Assembly (NCBI GenBank): GCA_046726415.1
Contig: JBKPAK010000028.1
Coordinates: 1 to 24,782, forward strand
Length of the DNA stretch: 24,782 nucleotides
From: Candidatus Methylomirabilota bacterium
Lineage (GTDB): Bacteria; Methylomirabilota; Methylomirabilia; Rokubacteriales; CSP1-6
Direction of reading: 5' to 3'
The notes beneath the pieces are model-generated. The model made no database searches and was not told the DNA's origin. It saw only the letters and a list, made by a program, of their open reading frames with translations. A program made the position numbers and the translations under genes. This document shows positions 19,100 through 24,782 of the stretch, piece by piece. Position 1 is the stretch's first letter, and every line of letters starts with the position of its first letter.

Positions 19100-22000
19100 T
19101 GGTCGCCCCCACCAGCTCGGCGAACGTGGGCTCGCGCCCCTCGGCGCGCGCGCGGGCCTCGGCGGCGAGCACGCGCTTGAAGTCTTTGGGCATGACCTTC
19201 ACGAACCGCGGCTGGGCTTCGATCCAGCCGCCCAGGATCGCCGCGGCGTAGTGCGAGTTCGTCAGCGCCACGTGCCGGGTGACGAGATCGCGCACCACCT
19301 GGATGTCGGTGGCCTGGTCGAGCGGTTCGAGATCCACCATCCCGAGGTTACAGCGACTGTTGAAGTCGCCGTCCACGTCGAGGACGTAGGCGATGCCGCC
19401 GGACATTCCGGCGGCGAAGTTGCGCCCGGTCGCGCCCAGCACGACCACGCGACCTCCCGTCATGTACTCGCAGCCATGGTCCCCGATGCCTTCCACGACG
19501 GCGTGGACGCCGCTGTTCCGCACGGCGAAACGCTCGCCGGCCACGCCCCTCACGAAGGCGGCGCCGCTGGTGGCGCCGTACAGGGCCACGTTGCCGATCA
19601 CGATGTTCTCCTCGGGCTTGAACGTCGAGCCGCGCGGGGGGAAGACGACCAGGGTGCCGCCCGACAAGCCCTTGCCCCAGTAGTCGTTGGCGTCGCCCTC
19701 CAAGGTGAGGCTGATGCCTCTCGGCACGAAGGCCCCGAAGCTCTGCCCGGCCGAGCCGATGAAGTGCACGCGAATGGTGTCGTCGGGCAACCCCTCGGCG
19801 CCCCACCGGCGAGTCACCTCGTAGCCGAGCGCGGTGCCCACCGTGCGATTGATGTTGCGGATGGGTAGCCGCAGGCTCACGGGCCTCCGGTGCTCGATGG
19901 CTTCGCGGCAGGCCGGGATCAGCGTGGTCCGGTCGAGCGAGCGATCGAGCCCGTGATCTTGCGGCCGCACGCAGCGCCGCGCCACCTCCGGTGGCATGTC
20001 GGGCTGGTAGAGGATCGATGAGAGATCGACCCCGCCGGCCTTCCAGTGATCGAGCGCCGGCTTGAAGTCGAGCCGGTCGACGCGACCGATCATCTCCTCC
20101 ATCGTCCGGAAGCCGAGCCGCGCCATGTACTCGCGCACCTCCTGGGCGAGGAAGCGGAAGAAGTTCACCACGTGGTCGGGATTTCCGGCGAAGCGGCGGC
20201 GCAGCTCGGGGGCCTGGGTGGCGATGCCCACCGGGCACGTGTTGAGGTGGCAGACCCGCATCATGATGCACCCGAGGACCACCAGGGGTGCGGTGGAGAA
20301 GCCGAACTCCTCGGCGCCCAAGAGGGCGGCGATGACCACGTCTCGCCCCGTCTTCATCTGTCCATCGACTTGCACGACGATGCGGTCGCGCAGCTTGTTG
20401 AGAACGAGCACCTGCTGTGTCTCGGCGAGGCCCAGCTCCCACGGGATGCCGCCGTGTTTGATGGAGGTCAGCGGGGATGCACCCGTGCCACCGTCATGGC
20501 CGGAGATCAACACGACGTCGGAGAAGGCCTTGGCCACGCCAGCCGCCACCGTGCCCACACCAATCTCGGCCACCAGCTTCACGTGGACGCGGGCCTGGGG
20601 GTTGGCGTTCTTGAGGTCGTGGATGAGCTGCTTGATGTCCTCGATCGAGTAGATGTCGTGATGGGGGGGCGGGGAGATGAGCCCCACTCCGGGTGTGGCG
20701 AAGCGCACCTTGGCGATCCAGGGGTACACCTTGTGTCCGGGGAGCTGGCCGCCCTCCCCAGGCTTTGCCCCTTGCGCCATCTTGATCTGAAGGTCGTTGG
20801 CATTGACCAGATACTCGCTGGTCACGCCGAAGCGGCCGGAGGCGACCTGCTTGACCGCGCTTCGTCGCCAGTCGCCGTTGGGATCGCGTTGATACCGGGC
20901 CGAATCCTCGCCGCCCTCCCCGGTGTTGGAGCGCCCGCCGATCCGGTTCATGGCGATGGCCAGGGTCTCGTGCGCCTCCTGGCTGATCGAGCCATAGGAC
21001 ATGGCGCCGGTGGCGAAGCGCTTGAAGATGACCTCGACCGGCTCCACCTCGTCGAGCGGAATCGGCGCCGGCGCCTCCTTCAGGGCGATCAGGCCGCGCA
21101 GGGTGGCCAGCCGACGACTCTGGTCGTCGCAGATCCGGGTATAGTCCTTGAACAGCGCGTAGCTGCCGCTCCGGGCGGCGTGCTGGAGCTTCCCGATCAT
21201 GTCGGGGTTCACCATGTGGTGCTCGCCGTCGCGCCGCCACTGGTATTCTCCTCCCCCCTCGAGGTCGGGCTCGCCGACGGGCCGCTCGGGGAAGGCGCGG
21301 GCGTGCCGGCGGAGCGCTTCCTCGGCGATCACGTCGAGGCCGATGCCGGACACGCGCGAGGCGGTGCCCGCGAAGTAGCGATCGACCAGCTCGCGGTTGA
21401 GGCCGATCGCCTCGAAGATCTGAGCCCCGGTGTAACTCTGCAGCGTGGAGATCCCCATCTTGGCCATGACTTTGAGGATCCCCTTGTTCAGGGCCTTGAC
21501 GTAATTGCGAACGGCCTTCGCGCGATCCACGCCAGTGAGGAGGCCCTGACCGAGCATGTCGTCGAGGGTCGCGAAGGCCACCCACGGGTTCACTGCGCCG
21601 GCGCCGTACCCAATGAGCAAGCACATGTGGTGCACTTCGCGGGCATCGCCGGTCTCGACGACCAGGCCGCAGCGGGTGCGCGTGCCCTCGCGCACCAAAT
21701 GGTGGTGCACCGCGGCCGTGGCGAGCAGGCTCGGCATGGCGGCCTGCTCGCGGCTGATGCCACGATCCGACAAAATGAGGATGTTGTGCCCGCTGGCGAT
21801 GGCCTCACTGGCCTGACGCGAGAGCTCGGCCAGGGCCCGCTCGAGGCCCGCGGCGCCCGCGGCGGCGGGGTAGAGCATGGGCAGGGTCATGGCCTTGAAG
21901 CCCGGCACCGTCACGCTCCGGACCTTGGCCAGCTCCTCGTTGCTGAGCACGGGGTCGGGGAGCACGATCTGCCGGCACGACTCTGGCTCCGGTTTCAGCA

Positions 22001-23681
22001 GATTTCGCTCGGGTCCCACCGTCGATTCCATGGCCGTCACCAGCTCCTCGCGGATCTGGTCCAGCGGGGGGTTGGTCACCTGGGCGAATAGCTGCTTGAA
22101 GTAGTCGTAGAGCACGCGCGGCCGGTCGGACAGCACGGCCAGCGACGTGTCCGTCCCCATGGAGCCGATGGGTTCTTCGCCCGCCCGCGCCATGGGCGCG
22201 AGGAGGATGCGGATGTCCTCGTGCGTGTAGCCGAAGGCGATCTGCCGGGTGAGCACCGTCGCGTGGTCCGACTCGGACTCCGCAGAGGCGGGGAGATCGG
22301 CCAGCAGCACCTGATGCTGGCGAAGCCACTCGGCATACGGGTGCTGGGCGGCCAGGTCGCGCTTGATCTCCTCGTCGTCGATGATGCGTCCTTGGGCGGT
22401 GTCGACGAGGAAGATGCGGCCTGGATGCAGGCGCTCCTTCACCAGGACGTTCTCCGGCGGGATGTCGAGAACACCAACCTCGGAGGCCATGATGACCAGG
22501 TCGTCCTTGGTGACGTAGTAGCGCGAGGGTCGGAGGCCGTTGCGGTCGAGCACGGCGCCAATCACGGTCCCGTCGGTGAAGGCGATCGAGGCCGGACCGT
22601 CCCACGGTTCCATGAGTGACGCGTGGTACTCGTAGAAGGCCCGTCGCTCCGGGTCCATGCTCTCGTGGTGCTGCCACGGTTCCGGAATCATCATGAGAAT
22701 GGCGTGGGGAAGTGAGCGGCCATTCATGACCAGGAACTCGAGCACGTTGTCGAAGGTGGCCGAGTCCGACAACCCCTCCCGCGTCACCGGAAACACCCTC
22801 CTGAGATCCTCGCCGAGGAGCTCCGACTCGCACAGCGCCTCCCGAGCCCGCATCCAGTTGATGTTCCCGCGCAGGGTGTTGATCTCGCCGTTGTGGGCGA
22901 TGAAGCGATAGGGATGGGCCAGCGGCCACGAGGGAAACGTGTTGGTGCTGAACCGCTGGTGGACGAGGGCCAGGGCGGTCTCCACGTCTGGATCGGAGAG
23001 GTCGGGGTACATGGCCTCGATCTGGTCCGCGGAGAGCATGCCCTTGTAGATGAAGGTCCGCGAGGACAAGCTCGGGATGTAGAAGAACCTCTTCCCCGGC
23101 GCGTCGAGGGCGGCCACCGCGTTTTCCATCCGCTTGCGGATCACGTACAGCTTCCGCTCGAAGTGGGCCTGGTCTCGGGTGGCCGGGCCGCGGCCGATGA
23201 AGACCTGCCTGATGACCGGCTCCACGGAGCGGGCCGTCTCCCCCAGCAGTCGGTCGTCGGTGGGGACGGTACGCCAGCCTAGCAGACGCTGACCTTCCTC
23301 AGTCACGATGCCGGCGAGCATGGTCTGGAACTTCGCTCGCTCGACCTGGTCGTGGGGCAGAAACACGAGCCCCGCACCATAGTCTCCCGCGGCCGGAAGA
23401 GGGATGGCGAGGTCGTCGGTGACCTTGCGCAGGAATCGGTCCGGCATCTGGAGGAGGATGCCCGCGCCGTCCCCGGTGTTGGGCTCACAGCCACAGGCGC
23501 CGCGATGGAGCAGGTTGATGAGAACTTGCAGGGCTCGGCGGACGATCTCGCGCGACTTCTGGCCCTTGATGTTGACGACGAATCCCACGCCGCACGCGTC
23601 GTGCTCATGGCGGGGGTCATAGAGGCCTTGGGCTGGCGGCACTCCGGCGGGGACACTCCAGCGTCGCTGCTGCTCCATCAT
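19092..23681 (-). CDS. gltB: glutamate synthase large (alpha) subunit; start uncertain (23678-23690)
   Basis: [10 protein letters not shown]-terminal nucleophile Cys, [46 protein letters not shown] domain. Confidence 0.97.
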   Translation of the reverse strand: MMEQQRRWSVPAGVPPAQGLYDPRHEHDACGVGFVVNIKGQKSREIVRRALQVLINLLHRGACGCEPNTGDGAGILLQMPDRFLRKVTDDLAIPLPAAGDYGAGLVFLPHDQVERAKFQTMLAGIVTEEGQRLLGWRTVPTDDRLLGETARSVEPVIRQVFIGRGPATRDQAHFERKLYVIRKRMENAVAALDAPGKRFFYIPSLSSRTFIYKGMLSADQIEAMYPDLSDPDVETALALVHQRFSTNTFPSWPLAHPYRFIAHNGEINTLRGNINWMRAREALCESELLGEDLRRVFPVTREGLSDSATFDNVLEFLVMNGRSLPHAILMMIPEPWQHHESMDPERRAFYEYHASLMEPWDGPASIAFTDGTVIGAVLDRNGLRPSRYYVTKDDLVIMASEVGVLDIPPENVLVKERLHPGRIFLVDTAQGRIIDDEEIKRDLAAQHPYAEWLRQHQVLLADLPASAESESDHATVLTRQIAFGYTHEDIRILLAPMARAGEEPIGSMGTDTSLAVLSDRPRVLYDYFKQLFAQVTNPPLDQIREELVTAMESTVGPERNLLKPEPESCRQIVLPDPVLSNEELAKVRSVTVPGFKAMTLPMLYPAAAGAAGLERALAELSRQASEAIASGHNILILSDRGISREQAAMPSLLATAAVHHHLVREGTRTRCGLVVETGDAREVHHMCLLIGYGAGAVNPWVAFATLDDMLGQGLLTGVDRAKAVRNYVKALNKGILKVMAKMGISTLQSYTGAQIFEAIGLNRELVDRYFAGTASRVSGIGLDVIAEEALRRHARAFPERPVGEPDLEGGGEYQWRRDGEHHMVNPDMIGKLQHAARSGSYALFKDYTRICDDQSRRLATLRGLIALKEAPAPIPLDEVEPVEVIFKRFATGAMSYGSISQEAHETLAIAMNRIGGRSNTGEGGEDSARYQRDPNGDWRRSAVKQVASGRFGVTSEYLVNANDLQIKMAQGAKPGEGGQLPGHKVYPWIAKVRFATPGVGLISPPPHHDIYSIEDIKQLIHDLKNANPQARVHVKLVAEIGVGTVAAGVAKAFSDVVLISGHDGGTGASPLTSIKHGGIPWELGLAETQQVLVLNKLRDRIVVQVDGQMKTGRDVVIAALLGAEEFGFSTAPLVVLGCIMMRVCHLNTCPVGIATQAPELRRRFAGNPDHVVNFFRFLAQEVREYMARLGFRTMEEMIGRVDRLDFKPALDHWKAGGVDLSSILYQPDMPPEVARRCVRPQDHGLDRSLDRTTLIPACREAIEHRRPVSLRLPIRNINRTVGTALGYEVTRRWGAEGLPDDTIRVHFIGSAGQSFGAFVPRGISLTLEGDANDYWGKGLSGGTLVVFPPRGSTFKPEENIVIGNVALYGATSGAAFVRGVAGERFAVRNSGVHAVVEGIGDHGCEYMTGGRVVVLGATGRNFAAGMSGGIAYVLDVDGDFNSRCNLGMVDLEPLDQATDIQVVRDLVTRHVALTNSHYAAAILGGWIEAQPRFVKVMPKDFKRVLAAEARARAEGREPTFAELVGATSG

Positions 23682-23712
23682 CGTGCACATCCCCTTTGTG
23701 AACAGTTGCACG

Positions 23713-23779
23713 ATACTACTCGAAGCTTGACTATTAGTCACCACTCAAAAGTTGGATGATATGTATCAGTTCTGCTAAT
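23713..23779 (-). promoter_or_regulatory. putative gltBD promoter with LysR-type binding boxes
   Basis: On -, TAGTAT (23713-23718) and GTGACT (23736-23741) with a 17-nt spacer. Palindrome TGACTA-T-TAGTCA 23728-23740 and ATCA-N7-TAAT 23765-23779 both fit T-N11-A. Confidence 0.6.
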
Positions 23780-23807
23780 GCAGGACCTGGGGAGCGGTGA
23801 GATCCTC

Positions 23808-24698
23808 ATGCATCTGGAAACGCTGCGCCTGTACTGCGACGTGGTCCGCCTGCGGAGTTTCTCGCGCGGGGCCGAGCAGAATCTCGTCTCGCAGTCCGCG
23901 GCCAGCCAGGCCGTCCAGCAGCTCGAGAGCATGCTCGGGGTCGTCCTCATCGACCGGACCAAGCGCCCGTTCGTGGTCACGCCGGAGGGGCAGGCGTTCT
24001 ACCGCGCCTGTCAGGGACTCTTGGAGAGCTGGGAGAAGGCCAAGTCCGAAGTGGCGGCGGTCAAGGAGCGAGTGGCAGGGACGGTGAGGGTGGCGGCGAT
24101 CTATTCAGTGGGTCTGCACGACGTCAGCCGTCACATGCAGCGCTTCATGTCGCGGTATCCGCAAGCCCGGGTCCAGCTGGAGTGTCTCCATCCCCACAAG
24201 GTGGTCGAGGCCGTCCTGAGTGGCGATGCCGATGTCGGGATCATGTCGTACCCACCGAGCGATCGCGCGCTCTCCGTCGTCACTGTGCGGTCCGAGCCGA
24301 TGGTGTTCGTGTGCCATCCGAACCATCGGTTGGCCCGCCGGCGGCTGGTGGCCCCCTCGGAACTGAACGGAGAAGACTTCGTGGCTTTCGACCCCGAGCT
24401 GACCATCCGCAAGGCGATCGACCGCGCCCTCCGACAGCACAACGTACGGGTCACCACCGTGATGGAGTTCGACAATATCGAGACCATCAAACAAGCCATC
24501 ACCATCGCGGCTGGGGTGAGCATCCTGCCGCGACACACCGTCCAGAAGGAGGTGGGGATCCGCACCTTGGCCATGGCGACCCTCGACATCCCCGATCTGG
24601 TCCGGCCGGTCGGCGTCATCCACCGGCGCCAAAAACCGCTGACGGCAACCGCCGCCCGCTTCGTCGAGCTCCTGACCGACGCCGCGCTCGAGCCATAA
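23808..24698 (+). CDS. LysR-family transcriptional regulator, divergent from gltBD (GltC-like position)
   Basis: HTH SFSRGAEQNLVSQSAASQAVQQLE...LIDRTKR..TPEG; substrate domain with MEFDNIETIK, GVSILP. Confidence 0.95.
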   Translation: MHLETLRLYCDVVRLRSFSRGAEQNLVSQSAASQAVQQLESMLGVVLIDRTKRPFVVTPEGQAFYRACQGLLESWEKAKSEVAAVKERVAGTVRVAAIYSVGLHDVSRHMQRFMSRYPQARVQLECLHPHKVVEAVLSGDADVGIMSYPPSDRALSVVTVRSEPMVFVCHPNHRLARRRLVAPSELNGEDFVAFDPELTIRKAIDRALRQHNVRVTTVMEFDNIETIKQAITIAAGVSILPRHTVQKEVGIRTLAMATLDIPDLVRPVGVIHRRQKPLTATAARFVELLTDAALEP

Positions 24699-24719
24699 TG
24701 GCTTGTGCCAGGTAAATCC

Positions 24720-24748
24720 TTGCCGCGGCGAGCGCTCTTCGCTAGACT
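24720..24748 (+). promoter_or_regulatory. putative sigma70 promoter for a gene or RNA beyond the window
   Basis: TTGCCG 24720-24725, 17-nt spacer, TAGACT 24743-24748. Confidence 0.5.
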
Positions 24749-24782
24749 CTGGTTGGATTGCCCAGGTCCCCGAAAGGCGGCC

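Noticed and set aside
24698-24715. MACAR mini-ORF overlapping the LysR stop (TAATG)
   Set aside because: It does not end on a downstream start, so it is not a relay. It also shows that one-sided overlaps arise by chance.
24750-24782. CAGGTCCCCGAAAGG at the window end resembling SRP RNA or a riboswitch GNRA hairpin
   Set aside because: It is truncated by the window and lacks the AGCAG partner strand expected in SRP RNA, so it cannot be supported.

Overview
High-GC bacterial chromosomal window. The gene content and small hypothetical families resemble Rokubacteria/Methylomirabilota-type genomes, but that is an unverified impression. It is mostly housekeeping. On + are hslU-argB-argD-argF-argG-comB-pgsA-plsY-gpsA-galT, then tRNA-Gly(GCC), tRNA-Cys(GCA) and tRNA-Leu(TAA). 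Beside tRNA-Leu is a decayed accessory patch with a frameshifted tyrosine-integrase C-terminus and a small CxxC/HxxC protein. Next come an RRM protein, a YegP-like small protein and rpsU, then lgt and a radical SAM-moaA-chlorite dismutase/ChdC-like operon. On - are gltB-gltD-dinB-like, divergent from a LysR regulator with clear T-N11-A boxes. The most unusual signal is at gene junctions. Four intergenic gaps (hslU/argB, argB/argD, pgsA/plsY, small gene/rpsU) are spanned exactly by tiny ORFs whose start overlaps the upstream stop and whose stop overlaps the downstream start (GTGA/TGATG). Two of them arose from diverged 32-bp tandem duplications of the junction, and one is Arg-rich and overlies hairpins inside the arg operon. 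These may be translational-coupling relay mini-ORFs (hypothesis).
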